64,000 nucleotides of DNA from Pyrinomonadaceae bacterium (GCA_046313635.1 JBKBYA010000007.1:1-64000), one strand, 5' to 3'; counted from the first letter of the stretch, positions 19,986-30,716 are shown. The notes: generated from the letters alone by a model not told the origin. A program made the numbers and translations.

Positions 19986-22900
19986 TCACAAACTGTCTTT
20001 TTCGATCGCGTAGCGGCTGAGCTTGAGGTAGAGGCCCCGGCGCGTGAGGCCGAGCTCGCGCGCGACGCGCGAGATGTTCCAGTTATGACGCGCGAGCGCG
20101 GCTTTGATCATCTGTATCTCGAGCTCGGTCACGGCCTGCTCGAGCGTGCCGCCGGTCGAGGCGATATTCGCAAAGGGCATCAGCGGTCCGCCAAGGTCGT
20201 AGGACGTGATCGGCCGCGAAGCACCTTCTCTGACGCCGCTCCCGGCCGCCGGCGCGGCGAGCGGCCGCGCACCCTGCCGCAGCTCGGGCGAGAGATGATT
20301 CGGCATTATCACCTCGCCGTCGACGGCCCGCGCGACGATGCGCTGTATCTCGTTGGTGAGCTGGCGGACGTTGCCCTCCCAATTGCAGACCATCAGCAGG
20401 TCGACCGTCTGCGGCGTGATCGTGATGTCGTGCTTGCCAAACTTTTTTGCGTAGTGATCGATGTAGTAATTGACCAGCGGCGGGATCTCGCTGCGGCGCT
20501 CGCGCAGCGGCGGCACGCGCAGGCGAATGACGTTAAGCCGGTAGTACAGGTCCTCGCGAAAGGTCCCCTCGGCGACGCGGTCCTCCAGCGGCATATTCGT
20601 CGCGGCGATGACCCGCACGTCGACCTTGATCGGACGTCTCTCGCCGATCGGCTGCACCTCGCCCTCCTGTAAAAACCTGAGCAGCTTTGGCTGCACGTCG
20701 AGCGGCAGGTCGCCGACCTCGTCAAGAAAGAGCGTACCGCCGTCAGCCGCGCGAATGATGCCAGGCGAATCTGTCACGGCCCCGGTAAAGGCACCTTTGC
20801 GATAGCCGAACAGGTGTCCCTCGGCCAGCTCCTTAGGCACGGCCGTGCAGTTGAACGGGACAAAGATCCGGTCCTTTCGGTTAGAGATCGCGTGGATCGC
20901 CCGCGAGACGAGCTCCTTGCCTGTTCCGGACTCGCCCGTGACGAGCACCGTCACGTCGCTCGAACGGATCTTGTTGATCTCCTCGACAAGCGAATTCATC
21001 GCCGGCGACGAATGGATGAATCCCGGCATCAGCATTGCCGAGCTGTACGGATTGGCCTCCTGCTCGGTCGGCTGCGACTTTTCGCGCTCGCGCAGCGCGA
21101 TGACATCCATCCCGAGCTCGACGACGCGGACCAGCGGCTGCAGCGACCCGCCGTCGCCGAGCACGGCGCCGTTTGCCGGGTTGATAAAGAGATACGCCGG
21201 CGCGGACGCGGGACTCTTGAGCGTGACGATGGCGAGATTCTTCTTTTTGGCGAACTGTTTCTCTTCGGATCTGAACTGTGCGTCGACAAACGCGCCGACC
21301 AGCGCCGAGCTCTCGTCAGGCGAGTAGCCGTGCGTGATGAAGGGCGCGAGACGCTTGGCCTCGTTGGTCTGCGCGACGATGATCCGCTTGGCCTGGCTCT
21401 CCTGCTGCAGCACGGCGACAAATTCTCTGAAGAGCAGCTCGCGAGAGGCCGTCGCCTCGGCCAGTCTTACGGTCAGCAGCTGCGATGCGCTCGAAGCGGC
21501 CCGCGACGCGGCGCCCGGCCCGCCTGCCGCAACGCCCTCCTGCTCGGAGGCTGAGGCTCGCGCCCTCCGCTCGGCGTCGTTGATCCGGTCGATGTACTGC
21601 TGCGTGCCCAGCCGCTCAAAGATCTCTCGTGCGGCGGCGAGATGCTTGAGCGCCCGGCGAGGCTTGTCGACGAGAGTCGACCCGACGAGCAGGTGCGCGA
21701 GCGCGGTGTGATAGACGTCGTGGGCCGCTTCAAAAATGGTCAGGCTCCGATTGAAATGATGGATCGCGAGCCCCGGATCGCCCGCGTTGAGCGCGGCGAG
21801 GCCGCGGATGCGCTGAATGTTGCCGAGGACAAAAAAGTCGGAGGTCGGGTCGTTGTCCTCGATGATCTTGAGCCGGTTGTCGCACTCGTCGACATCGCCT
21901 AGGCCGAGCGCCGCCTCGGCGAGGACGAGTCCTGCCATATTGATGTAATGCTTGTCGCCGATCTGCCGGCACAGCTCGATTGTCTCGCGAGCGGTCCGCG
22001 AGGCGCGGGCGAGATCGCCTTGCGCCAGGCAGCATCTCGCAAGGTTTCGCATCGCCTGGGCGACGTACCATTCCCGCTTGCCCTCGCGGGCGATGGCCAC
22101 CGCCTCGTTGAGGTAGCGCTCGGCCTCGGCGTATTTGCCGCGGAGGATATTCAGCTCGCCGAGCGAGTCGAGGATACCGGCGCGATGCACGTGCTTGGTC
22201 TCGATCGCGAGGTCGAGAGCGCGGCGGATCATCTGCTCGGCGCGCGGCCATTCGCCGATATGCATGAGATTTATCCCGAGATTGTTGTACGCGATCAGCG
22301 AGTTAAGCTTGTGCTCGGTCTTTTCAAAAAAGCTGATCGAGCGCTCGAGACACGCGATGCCGTCCTCGGGCTTGCGCAAAAACCAGTACGCGCCCGACAT
22401 ATCCGAGTAGAGCTTGCCGAGCATAAAGGGCGCCGAGCGATCGCCGATGATCTGGACCCCGAGATCGAAATACTCGATCGACTTTTCGCTGTTGCCCTCC
22501 TGGTGGTAACTGAGGGCGATCTCGCGATATGCCTCGGCCATGCCGAGCCAGTTGCCCGACTCGCGAAAATAGTTGAGCGACCTTTCGGCGTAGTCGCGGC
22601 AGATCGGGCATTCGTTCAGCTTGCGGTAAACGCGTGCGAGAGCGCTGTCGACCGCTCCCGAGAGGTGCCTGAGTTCGATGTCCTCGGCCTTTTTAAGCGT
22701 CTGCTTGAGCAGCGTTACGGCCTTAGGGTGATCGTTGATGTTGTTGTACGAGATGCCGAGCTGCGTCAAGACCCTGACCTGCGTCTCGATCTTGAGTTTT
22801 GAGAGCACCTCCTCGTCCTCAAAGGCCTTGAGCTCGTCGAGTGCCTCCTTGTAACGACCGACCGTCTCCAGCGCGAACGAGAGCAGTCGTTTGAGATCGG

Positions 22901-23162
22901 CAAAATCGTCGGCGTCGTGTGACCATCTCTCGAGCGCGTCGCGGAGGATCTCTTCGGCCCGGCTCGAGCGGCCCTCTCGCAGCAGCCGGCCCGCTTCGCT
23001 AAAGACCTCGCCCAAGCGGTCTGGCGGCAGCGGCACCGCGGCCCGTGCGCCGTCCACACGGCCCGGACGCATTCCGATCGCCGGTCGCGCGGCCGCCGAC
23101 TCGCGGAGCTTCGTTGTTGAAGGCGACACCCTTTTCATAGAATGCGGCGACCGTAATGACAC
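19986..23162 (-). CDS. Sigma54-dependent enhancer-binding protein with N-terminal TPR repeats
   Basis: TPR-like helices, GESGTGKE, GAFTGA, LFLDEVG, FREDLYYRLNV, C-terminal HTH; start uncertain. Confidence 0.92.
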   Translation of the reverse strand: MSLRSPHSMKRVSPSTTKLRESAAARPAIGMRPGRVDGARAAVPLPPDRLGEVFSEAGRLLREGRSSRAEEILRDALERWSHDADDFADLKRLLSFALETVGRYKEALDELKAFEDEEVLSKLKIETQVRVLTQLGISYNNINDHPKAVTLLKQTLKKAEDIELRHLSGAVDSALARVYRKLNECPICRDYAERSLNYFRESGNWLGMAEAYREIALSYHQEGNSEKSIEYFDLGVQIIGDRSAPFMLGKLYSDMSGAYWFLRKPEDGIACLERSISFFEKTEHKLNSLIAYNNLGINLMHIGEWPRAEQMIRRALDLAIETKHVHRAGILDSLGELNILRGKYAEAERYLNEAVAIAREGKREWYVAQAMRNLARCCLAQGDLARASRTARETIELCRQIGDKHYINMAGLVLAEAALGLGDVDECDNRLKIIEDNDPTSDFFVLGNIQRIRGLAALNAGDPGLAIHHFNRSLTIFEAAHDVYHTALAHLLVGSTLVDKPRRALKHLAAAREIFERLGTQQYIDRINDAERRARASASEQEGVAAGGPGAASRAASSASQLLTVRLAEATASRELLFREFVAVLQQESQAKRIIVAQTNEAKRLAPFITHGYSPDESSALVGAFVDAQFRSEEKQFAKKKNLAIVTLKSPASAPAYLFINPANGAVLGDGGSLQPLVRVVELGMDVIALREREKSQPTEQEANPYSSAMLMPGFIHSSPAMNSLVEEINKIRSSDVTVLVTGESGTGKELVSRAIHAISNRKDRIFVPFNCTAVPKELAEGHLFGYRKGAFTGAVTDSPGIIRAADGGTLFLDEVGDLPLDVQPKLLRFLQEGEVQPIGERRPIKVDVRVIAATNMPLEDRVAEGTFREDLYYRLNVIRLRVPPLRERRSEIPPLVNYYIDHYAKKFGKHDITITPQTVDLLMVCNWEGNVRQLTNEIQRIVARAVDGEVIMPNHLSPELRQGARPLAAPAAGSGVREGASRPITSYDLGGPLMPFANIASTGGTLEQAVTELEIQMIKAALARHNWNISRVARELGLTRRGLYLKLSRYAIEKDSL

Positions 23163-23441
23163 GGATCGGACAGGTCTCGGGCCGCGGGGGTCGGGCCCTT
23201 TTGTCTTGAATTGGACTGGCTACCAGGTAAACAGCGCGTAGCGAATGTAGCAGAAACACGCCGGAGTGCACAACTTCTTAGCTCGGCCGGCCGATGCGCT
23301 CTCCGGACTTGCTTGAGCCTGTCGCAACCAGTTCGCAGGCACCGGACATCAAAGCCTTCGGCCGACGGCGGACGAAACAAGACGAACAAGACAACGCAAC
23401 GTGCGTATTACCGGTTTCGATCGGGATCCTAAAGGCTCACC

Positions 23442-26400
23442 ATGCAAGACGACGAACCCGACCCGCCGCAGCAGCGGCATCCGGTCTTTTTTGACGATCT
23501 TGGGCGACGACGACGCCTGCTCAATCTCGCCGCCGCGCTGGCCGCGGCGCTCGCGTCGATCCTCGGCGGGACCTTCCTTATCAGCGTCCTGATCAATCCT
23601 TTTTTGCCGCAGGTAAAACTCCGGCCGTCGCCGCTGCTCCCGCGGCCCTTCGATATCAGGTCGATCGTCCCCTCCGTTCCGTCGACCAAGAAAGAAGCCG
23701 CGGTCCGACAGGCGGGTGACAAGGCCAAAGGCGCGCGCCAAGACCTCGAAGAAAGGAAGCTCGCCGCAATGGCCCGCCGCACCGAAAGCCTGCTTTCGCG
23801 TTCGGCACCGACGCCGCCGACGGCGGATAGCTCTCGGGGCCGTCCGCTGGCCGTCGGCTTCTACGTCAACTGGGACAACTCAAGCTATACCTCGCTAAAG
23901 CAGAATATCGAGCGGCTCGATTGGGTCGTGCCCGAGTGGATCCGTCTCTCGGGCCATGATGACGAGCCGCTCGTCCTCGACATCGACCAAAAGGCCGTCG
24001 ATCTGATCAAGCAGGAGCGGCCCGACCTGCCGATACTGCCGATCGTGCAGAACTACGAGAACGAGCAGTGGAGTTCCGACATACTCGTCCGCGCCATTAC
24101 GACCGAGACAGCACGCCGGCGGCTGATCGGAGCTCTGCTCGACACGGTGGCGAAGAATGATTTCGGCGGCCTGACGATCGATTTCGAGGAGGTGCCGGCA
24201 CGATCGCAGGACCAGTTGTTCATGTTCATGTCGGAGCTGCACGACGAATTCGCCTCGCACGGGCTGAGGCTCGCCGAGGCCGTGCCGTTCGACAATCCGG
24301 ATTGGAATTACCGGGCGTTCGCCGGCGTCAACGATTATCTGATGCTGATGGCCTACGACCAGCATTGGTCGACCGGCGAGCCCGGGCCGGTCGCCGGCGA
24401 AGACTGGTTCGAAGCAGGACTTAAAAAGCGAATGTCCGAGCTTGACCCGCGCCGCACGATCGTCTGCATCGGCAACTACGGCTACGACTGGTCCAGCGAC
24501 AAGAGCGAGGCGAGGACAGTCTCGTTCCAGGAGTCGCTGATCGCCGCCCGCGACTCGCTCGACGGCCCGGGCGAGATCAAATTCGATCCGGCGTCGCGGA
24601 ATCCGCATTTCGAGTACGACGAGGACCACGGCTCGCACCATTCGCTGTGGTTTCTCGATGCGGTGACGGCGTCTAATCAGCTTCACGACGCGGAGCGATA
24701 CGGCGTCGCGGGACTCGCGCTCTGGCGGCTGGGCAGCGAGGACCCGTCGCTGTGGAACGTCTTCGGTGCGGCCACGGATGCGGCGTCGACCGACGATCTC
24801 GCTACGATCAAGTACGGTTACGACGTCGACTTTGAAGGCACGGGCGAGATCCTGCAGGTCACAGCCGTGCCGCAGGACGGGCGGCGCGATCTCAAGATGG
24901 ACCCGGAGTCGGGCGAGATCGCCGGCGAGGTTTACCGGCAGATCCCGACCTCGTATGTCATGCAGCGGACCGGCGACCGGCCGGGGAAGATCGTCTTGAC
25001 CTTTGACGACGGGCCGGATCCGGTCTACACGCCAAAGATCCTCGACATACTGCGCGAAAAGAACGTCAAGGCGACATTCTTCATCGTCGGCGAGAACGGC
25101 CAGTCGAATCCGACCCTCGTCAAACGCATCGCCGACGACGGCCACGAGATCGGCAATCATTCGTTCACGCATCCCAATCTCGGCGAGGTGCCGCGGCAGA
25201 TCACCGAGCTCGAGCTCAACGCGACGCAGCGGCTGATCGAGTCGATCACCGGCCGCTCGACGCGCCTGTTTCGCGCGCCTTACTTTGGCGATGCCGAGCC
25301 GCGAACGCCGGACGAAGTCGAGCCGACCGTGCTCGCACAGGAACTCGGCTACATTTCGGTCGGACTGCATCTCGACCCCGACGATTGGAAGCTGGTCAAT
25401 GACGACGGCACGCCTCACACCTCGGATCAGATCGTCAACGAAGTGCTCGCCGCGGCGGCCGTGTCGACGCCCGAGGAGCGCGGCAGCGTCGTGCTGCTGC
25501 ACGACAGCGGCGGCGACCGATCGGCGACGGTAAATGCGCTACCGAAGTTGATCGACGAGCTGCGCTCGCGCGGTTACGAATTTACGACGGTCGCCGATCT
25601 TGCAGGCATCTCGCCGGAGCAGGCAATGCCGCGGGTGCCGGAGAATCAATCTTTCTACGCTGCGGCGGACGCCTGTTTCTTTTACTCGGTATCGCTCGCC
25701 GGCTGGCTGATGAAGTGGCTCTTCGTGATCGGCATCGCGCTGGGCTTGGGCCGAATGGCCGTCATCGGCGTGCTCGCGCTCGCGCAATATCTGCGTTCGC
25801 GGCGTCGCGAGAGGCTGCACTTCGGCGAGGGTTTCGAGCCGCTCGTCTCGGTGGTCGTGCCGGCCTATAACGAAGAAATCGTCATCCGCCGCACGGTCGA
25901 CAGCCTGCTCGCGTCCGACTACGCCGATCTCGAGGTGCTCGTCGTCGACGACGGCTCGACCGACGACACGTACCGTATCGCGCTCGAGGCCTACGCCGGC
26001 GATCGGCGCGTTTCCGTATTTACCAAGCCGAACGCCGGCAAGGCCGAGGCCTTGAATTTCGGCTGGCGCAAGGCAAAGGGCGAGATCGTGATCGGGCTCG
26101 ACGCCGATACGATCTTTGACCGCGGCACGATCTCGGCGCTCGCGCATCGCTTCGTTGATCCGGCTGCCGGCGCGATCGCCGGCAACGCAAAGGTCGGCAA
26201 CCGGATCAACGTGGTTACCAAATGGCAGGCGCTCGAGTACGTTACGTCGCAAAACTTTGACCGCCGCGCGTTCTCGTCGCTCAACTGCATTACGGTGGTC
26301 CCCGGCGCGGTCGGCGCGTGGCGGCGGTCGGTGCTCGAGGAGACGGGCGGATTCTCGTCCGACACGCTCGCCGAGGACCAGGACCTCACGATCGAGGTCC

Positions 26401-26966
26401 GCAAACGCGGATACAAGATCGGCTACGAAGAAGCTGCCGTCGCCTGGACCGAGGCTCCCGATACGCTGCTAACTCTCGCAAAGCAGCGCTTCCGGTGGTC
26501 GTTTGGCACGCTGCAGTGCATGTGGAAGCATCGCCACGCCCTTTTCGATCCGCGGCACGGCACGCTCGGCTTCGTCGCGATGCCGAACGTCTGGATCTTT
26601 CAGGTCTTGTTCCCGCTGATCTCGCCGCTGATGGACCTGATGTTTGTCTGGACGCTCGTCTCGGCGGTCATCGGATATCTTGAACATCAGAAGGAGTACG
26701 CTCACACACCGACAAACTTGAACCAAGTGCTCTTTTACTACGCGCTCTTTTTAACGGTCGATTGGCTCGGCGCGTTTCTCGCGTTTCTGATGGAAAAGAC
26801 CGAGGAGAAACGTCTGCTCTGGTGGCTGCTCATACAGCGCTTCGGCTACCGGCAGGTGATGTATTGGGTAATGGTCAGATCGGTCTTCACCGCGCTGCGC
26901 GGCGCGATAGTCGGCTGGGGCAAGCTCGAACGCAAAGCAACCGTCGAAGCGCGTGCAGAGCCGTAA
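23442..26966 (+). CDS. GH18-like / polysaccharide deacetylase / GT2 glycosyltransferase tri-domain protein
   Basis: GLTIDFEE, MAYDQHW (GH18-like); TFDDGP, HSFTHP, RAPY, LLHD (CE4); PAYNEE, DAD, AED, QRFRW (GT2); TM helices. Confidence 0.92.
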   Translation: MQDDEPDPPQQRHPVFFDDLGRRRRLLNLAAALAAALASILGGTFLISVLINPFLPQVKLRPSPLLPRPFDIRSIVPSVPSTKKEAAVRQAGDKAKGARQDLEERKLAAMARRTESLLSRSAPTPPTADSSRGRPLAVGFYVNWDNSSYTSLKQNIERLDWVVPEWIRLSGHDDEPLVLDIDQKAVDLIKQERPDLPILPIVQNYENEQWSSDILVRAITTETARRRLIGALLDTVAKNDFGGLTIDFEEVPARSQDQLFMFMSELHDEFASHGLRLAEAVPFDNPDWNYRAFAGVNDYLMLMAYDQHWSTGEPGPVAGEDWFEAGLKKRMSELDPRRTIVCIGNYGYDWSSDKSEARTVSFQESLIAARDSLDGPGEIKFDPASRNPHFEYDEDHGSHHSLWFLDAVTASNQLHDAERYGVAGLALWRLGSEDPSLWNVFGAATDAASTDDLATIKYGYDVDFEGTGEILQVTAVPQDGRRDLKMDPESGEIAGEVYRQIPTSYVMQRTGDRPGKIVLTFDDGPDPVYTPKILDILREKNVKATFFIVGENGQSNPTLVKRIADDGHEIGNHSFTHPNLGEVPRQITELELNATQRLIESITGRSTRLFRAPYFGDAEPRTPDEVEPTVLAQELGYISVGLHLDPDDWKLVNDDGTPHTSDQIVNEVLAAAAVSTPEERGSVVLLHDSGGDRSATVNALPKLIDELRSRGYEFTTVADLAGISPEQAMPRVPENQSFYAAADACFFYSVSLAGWLMKWLFVIGIALGLGRMAVIGVLALAQYLRSRRRERLHFGEGFEPLVSVVVPAYNEEIVIRRTVDSLLASDYADLEVLVVDDGSTDDTYRIALEAYAGDRRVSVFTKPNAGKAEALNFGWRKAKGEIVIGLDADTIFDRGTISALAHRFVDPAAGAIAGNAKVGNRINVVTKWQALEYVTSQNFDRRAFSSLNCITVVPGAVGAWRRSVLEETGGFSSDTLAEDQDLTIEVRKRGYKIGYEEAAVAWTEAPDTLLTLAKQRFRWSFGTLQCMWKHRHALFDPRHGTLGFVAMPNVWIFQVLFPLISPLMDLMFVWTLVSAVIGYLEHQKEYAHTPTNLNQVLFYYALFLTVDWLGAFLAFLMEKTEEKRLLWWLLIQRFGYRQVMYWVMVRSVFTALRGAIVGWGKLERKATVEARAEP

Positions 26967-27012
26967 GAGCGGCATTTATGCTGCCTTTGGCTTCTGTGAT
27001 TAAATTCACCCT

Positions 27013-27330
27013 ATGCCCGAGTTTCCGGATATCGAGCAAGGCAGCGAGACCGCGGTCGAGAGCGAGACCAAGCTCGAGAAGCCAAAGCTCTTTAAGGTCA
27101 TACTGCACAACGACGACTTTACGACGATGGACTTTGTCGTCTTTGTGCTCGAGTACGTCTTTCGCCGCTCAGAGCTCGAGGCGCTCACGATCATGCTCAA
27201 GGTCCACAACGAGGGCTCCGGCGTCGCGGGCGTTTACCCGTACGAGATCGCCAATATGAAGGCGCAAAAGACGATCAATCTCGCGCGTGCCCGCGAGTTT
27301 CCGCTGCTGTGCACGGTCGAAGAGGAATAG
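27013..27330 (+). CDS. clpS: ATP-dependent Clp protease adaptor ClpS
   Basis: FKVILHNDDFTTMDFVV, MLKVHNEG, FPLLCTVE. Confidence 0.96.
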   Translation: MPEFPDIEQGSETAVESETKLEKPKLFKVILHNDDFTTMDFVVFVLEYVFRRSELEALTIMLKVHNEGSGVAGVYPYEIANMKAQKTINLARAREFPLLCTVEEE

Positions 27331-27374
27331 GTGTGACAAGACCGGCTCCGCGATAGAAGGCTTGCGGCCGCTTG

Positions 27375-27515
27375 TGGTAATCTAAACGCGAATATGCGGA
27401 GGCCATCGCCCATTATTATCAGGATCGACGGGACTAACGCCCGGCCCTAGCCGAGCAGCTGCACCGAATGTGCCTTGCGAGTCCCAAGCCGAACAAAAAA
27501 GGCTTGGGGCTTTTT
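27375..27515 (+). promoter_or_regulatory. Ribosome-mediated transcription attenuator of ileS
   Basis: Extended -10 TG-G-TAATCT (27375-27383); terminator AGTCCCAAGCC-loop-GGCTTGGGGCT-TTTT (27480-27515); antiterminator GGGACT (27430-27436) pairs with AGTCCC. Confidence 0.7.
27394..27450 (+). CDS. Ile-rich attenuator leader peptide (MRRPSPIIIRIDGTNARP)
   Basis: 18-codon ORF with ATT ATT ATC AGG ATC directly upstream of a terminator and ileS. Confidence 0.7.
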   Translation: MRRPSPIIIRIDGTNARP

Positions 27516-27580
27516 GATTTATCGATATCGATCTGCCGAGCGTGCGGACCGGCGGGTCCTTTCAAAACGAATTTATTCCT

Positions 27581-30500
27581 ATGGCTGAAGAGCTTGATCT
27601 TAAAAAGACGGTCAACTTACCAAAAACGAACTTTTCTCAAAAGGCCAATCTCGGCCAGAGCGAGCCGGCGCGGCTCAAGAAGTGGAAAGAAATGGGCCTC
27701 TACGAGCGCATCGCCGAGGCACGCGCGGGCCGCGACAAATTTATCCTGCACGACGGCCCGCCGTACGCCAACGCGGACATTCACATCGGCACGGCGCTCA
27801 ACAAGATCCTCAAGGACTTTGTCGTCAAGACGCGCTCCATGATGGGCTACGACGCGCCCTACGTGCCCGGTTACGACTGCCACGGTCTGCCGATCGAGAA
27901 CCTCGTCGAAAAGAAGCTCACCGAAAAAGGCAAGAACAAGAACGACCTGCCGGTCGCGACCTTTCGCCGCCTCTGCCGCGAGCACGCCTCGACGGCGATG
28001 AACAACCAGACGCGCGACTTCCAGCGGCTCGGCATCCTCGGCGAATGGGAAAATCCGTATCTCACGATGTCGCCCGAGTACGAGTCGTCGACGGCGCGTC
28101 TGTTCGGGAAATTCCTCGAGCGCGGTTATGTCTACAAAGGCCTGCGGCCGGTCTATTGGTGCATCTTTCACCAGACGGCGCTCGCCGAAGCTGAGGTCGA
28201 ATACAGGGACCACACTTCGCCGTCCGTTTATGTGAAGTTCCCGCTTAAATCCGACCCGGCCGAGATCGACCCGGCACTCGCGGGCAAAAATGTTTCGGTC
28301 GTGATCTGGACGACCACGCCGTGGACGCTGCCGGCGAATATGGGCATCGCGGTCCATCCGGAATTCGAATATTCCGCGATCGAAGTTCAGAGTGACGGCT
28401 TTAGCCGTTCGAACGTGGGAGAAGAAACGACTGAAGGCGTCACTCTTACGAGTGAGGTTTACATCGTCGCGTCGGAACTGGCGAGATCTTTTGCCCTGAC
28501 GTGCGGCTTCGAAGATTACGTCGAGCTCGCGCGATTTAAAGGAACCAAGCTCGACCGTCTCGAGGCTCGGCACCCGTGGATCGACCGCACCTCGCTCATC
28601 ATGAACGGCGAACACGTCACGCTCGGCGAGGCCGACGCAGAGACCGAGCTCGACGTGCGTTTCGAAAACAAGGCCGCGGGCAAATCCGGCACCGGCTGCG
28701 TACACACCGCACCGGGCCACGGTGCCGACGACTTTCACATCGGCAAGCGTTACGGGCTCGAGATCTATAACCCGGTCGACAGCGCCGGCAGATTCATCGA
28801 GGAGGTCGAGCACTTTGGCGGGATGGACATCTTTGAGGCGAATCCGAAGATCGTCGATTTCCTGCGCGAGCGCGGGATGCTGCTGCACTCAGAGAAATAT
28901 CAGCACCGCTACCCGCACTGCTGGCGCTGCAAAAATCCGGTCGTCTTTCGTGCGACGCCGCAGTGGTTCATCTCGATGGACGACGTGAATGCGGAACGCG
29001 GAGTGCAGAATGCGGGATCTTCAGGAGCAGAGGATCTAGCTTCAGACAACGCGGGCCAAGAGATCCGCAGTCCGCGATCCGAGATCCGAAATCCAACCGG
29101 TCTCCGTCAGCAGGCCCTGCGAGAGATCGGCCGCGTCAAATGGCATCCGGCGTGGGGAGAGGACCGGATGCGGAATATGTTCAAGGGCCGCCCCGACTGG
29201 TGCGTCTCGCGGCAGCGCGTGTGGGGCGTGCCGATCCCTGTCTTTTACTGCCAAGACTGCGAAGAGGCCGTCGCCGACTCGAAGGTCGTCGATCACGTCG
29301 CCGACATCTTTGCGAAGGAAACGGCCGACGCGTGGTATGCGCGGCCCGAGAGCGAACTGCTGCCCGACGGATTTGTTTGTCCGCAGTGCGGCGGCGGTGA
29401 ATTTCGTAAAGAGACCGACATTCTCGATGTCTGGTTCGACTCCGGCTCGAGCTGCGTCGCCGTGCTCGAGACTCGCGGCGAAACGCTGCGCTTCCCGGCG
29501 GACGTTTATCTCGAAGGCGGCGATCAGTACCGCGGCTGGTTCAACTCAAGCCTGATGTGCGGGCTTGCGGCGCACGACGAGGCTCCGTACCGGCAGATCA
29601 TCACGCACGGCTGGGTCGTCGACGGCGAGGGCCGCAAGCAGTCAAAATCGCTCGGCAACGTGACGGCCCCGCAGGAGATCATCGACAAGTCCGGCGCCGA
29701 GATCCTGCGTCTTTGGGCCGCAGCGGTCGATTACACCGAGGACGTTCGCTGCTCGGACGAGATCCTCTCGCGCGTGGTCGACGCGTACCGCAAGATGCGC
29801 AACACACTGCGCTACGCGCTCGGTAATCTCGACGGCTTTGATCCGGCATCCGATTCGGTCGCCGAGAGCGAAATGCTCGAGATCGACCGGTGGGCACTTG
29901 CGAGCCTCGATGCGGTCACGGCCCGCGTGCTCGAGGGCTACCGGACGTACGACTTTCAGGCCGCGTACAACGCGCTCTACAACCTCTGCACGGTGACGCT
30001 GTCGGCCCGCTACTTTGACATCATCAAAGACCGGCTCTACATCCGTGCTCCGAAGTCGGTCGAGAGGCGTTCCGCGCAGACGGCGCTCTATACGATAGCC
30101 GACACGCTCTGCCGTCTGCTCGCTCCCGTGCTCGCATTCACGGCGGACGAAGCGTGGGAGAATCTGCCGGGCGAGCGGCCGGCGTCGGTGCATATCGCCG
30201 AGTTTCCGCAGGTGAGCGAGGCCGACAATTCGGCTCTGATATCTAATTGGGAAAGACTCTTCGCGATCCGCGACGAGGTGCTCAAGGCGCTCGAGGACGC
30301 CCGCAGCCAGAAGCAACTCGGCTCGTCGCTCGAGGCCAAGGTCGTGCTGACGGTCGACACCGAAACGTCGCGATTCCTGCTCGACTATTTTGCAGATCTG
30401 CGGTACATCTTCATCGTCTCGCAGGTCGAGGTGCACGAGGGCGACGCCGCGGGCGTGAAGGTCGAAATCCAAAAAGCCGACGGGCAAAAGTGCGAACGCT

Positions 30501-30604
30501 GCTGGAACTACTCGGCCCGCGTCGGGGAATTTGAGAAATATCCGACCGTCTGCGAACGCTGCGCCGACGCGCTCGTCGAGATCGAAAAATCCGCGTTGGC
30601 CTGA
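27581..30604 (+). CDS. ileS: Isoleucine--tRNA ligase (with in-frame repeat insertions)
   Basis: [48 protein letters not shown]-terminal CERC..CERC. Confidence 0.98.
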   Translation: MAEELDLKKTVNLPKTNFSQKANLGQSEPARLKKWKEMGLYERIAEARAGRDKFILHDGPPYANADIHIGTALNKILKDFVVKTRSMMGYDAPYVPGYDCHGLPIENLVEKKLTEKGKNKNDLPVATFRRLCREHASTAMNNQTRDFQRLGILGEWENPYLTMSPEYESSTARLFGKFLERGYVYKGLRPVYWCIFHQTALAEAEVEYRDHTSPSVYVKFPLKSDPAEIDPALAGKNVSVVIWTTTPWTLPANMGIAVHPEFEYSAIEVQSDGFSRSNVGEETTEGVTLTSEVYIVASELARSFALTCGFEDYVELARFKGTKLDRLEARHPWIDRTSLIMNGEHVTLGEADAETELDVRFENKAAGKSGTGCVHTAPGHGADDFHIGKRYGLEIYNPVDSAGRFIEEVEHFGGMDIFEANPKIVDFLRERGMLLHSEKYQHRYPHCWRCKNPVVFRATPQWFISMDDVNAERGVQNAGSSGAEDLASDNAGQEIRSPRSEIRNPTGLRQQALREIGRVKWHPAWGEDRMRNMFKGRPDWCVSRQRVWGVPIPVFYCQDCEEAVADSKVVDHVADIFAKETADAWYARPESELLPDGFVCPQCGGGEFRKETDILDVWFDSGSSCVAVLETRGETLRFPADVYLEGGDQYRGWFNSSLMCGLAAHDEAPYRQIITHGWVVDGEGRKQSKSLGNVTAPQEIIDKSGAEILRLWAAAVDYTEDVRCSDEILSRVVDAYRKMRNTLRYALGNLDGFDPASDSVAESEMLEIDRWALASLDAVTARVLEGYRTYDFQAAYNALYNLCTVTLSARYFDIIKDRLYIRAPKSVERRSAQTALYTIADTLCRLLAPVLAFTADEAWENLPGERPASVHIAEFPQVSEADNSALISNWERLFAIRDEVLKALEDARSQKQLGSSLEAKVVLTVDTETSRFLLDYFADLRYIFIVSQVEVHEGDAAGVKVEIQKADGQKCERCWNYSARVGEFEKYPTVCERCADALVEIEKSALA
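28389..28446. repeat. REP-like palindrome in-frame in ileS
   Basis: AGAGTGACGGCTTTAGCCGTT ... AACGACTGAAGGCGTCACTCT imperfect inverted repeat. Confidence 0.75.
28987..29094. repeat. Inverted heptamer tandem repeats in-frame in ileS
   Basis: (AATGCGG)-like x4 ... (ATCCGCA)-like x4; encodes [10 protein letters not shown]...[12 protein letters not shown]. Confidence 0.75.
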
Positions 30605-30612
30605 ACTCTTAA

Positions 30613-30705
30613 CTTTGCGCACTTTGCGAAAAGCTTAGCGGCCTTTGCGGTTTGAATTTCTTTGTAACCGCAAAGATCGCAAAGAGGAACGCAAAGGACG
30701 CAAAG
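30613..30705. repeat. Inverted CTTTGCG/CGCAAAG tandem repeat element
   Basis: 4x CTTTGCG-like units followed by 4x CGCAAAG. Confidence 0.8.
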
Positions 30706-30716
30706 AGGAATTGGAA

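Noticed and set aside
27331..27580. T-box riboswitch upstream of ileS
   Set aside because: No T-box consensus (GGTGGNACCGCG) or stem I; the leader-peptide model fits better.
28625..28690. Third mobile insertion in IleRS ([21 protein letters not shown])
   Set aside because: Normal codon usage and no palindrome; more likely a lineage-specific protein insert.
30645..30716. N-terminal extensions of ORFs 30645 and 42963, and ORF 36199-36699
   Set aside because: These are translations of intergenic repeats (RKDRKEERK, ICVHPW, SLRLC); better starts lie downstream.
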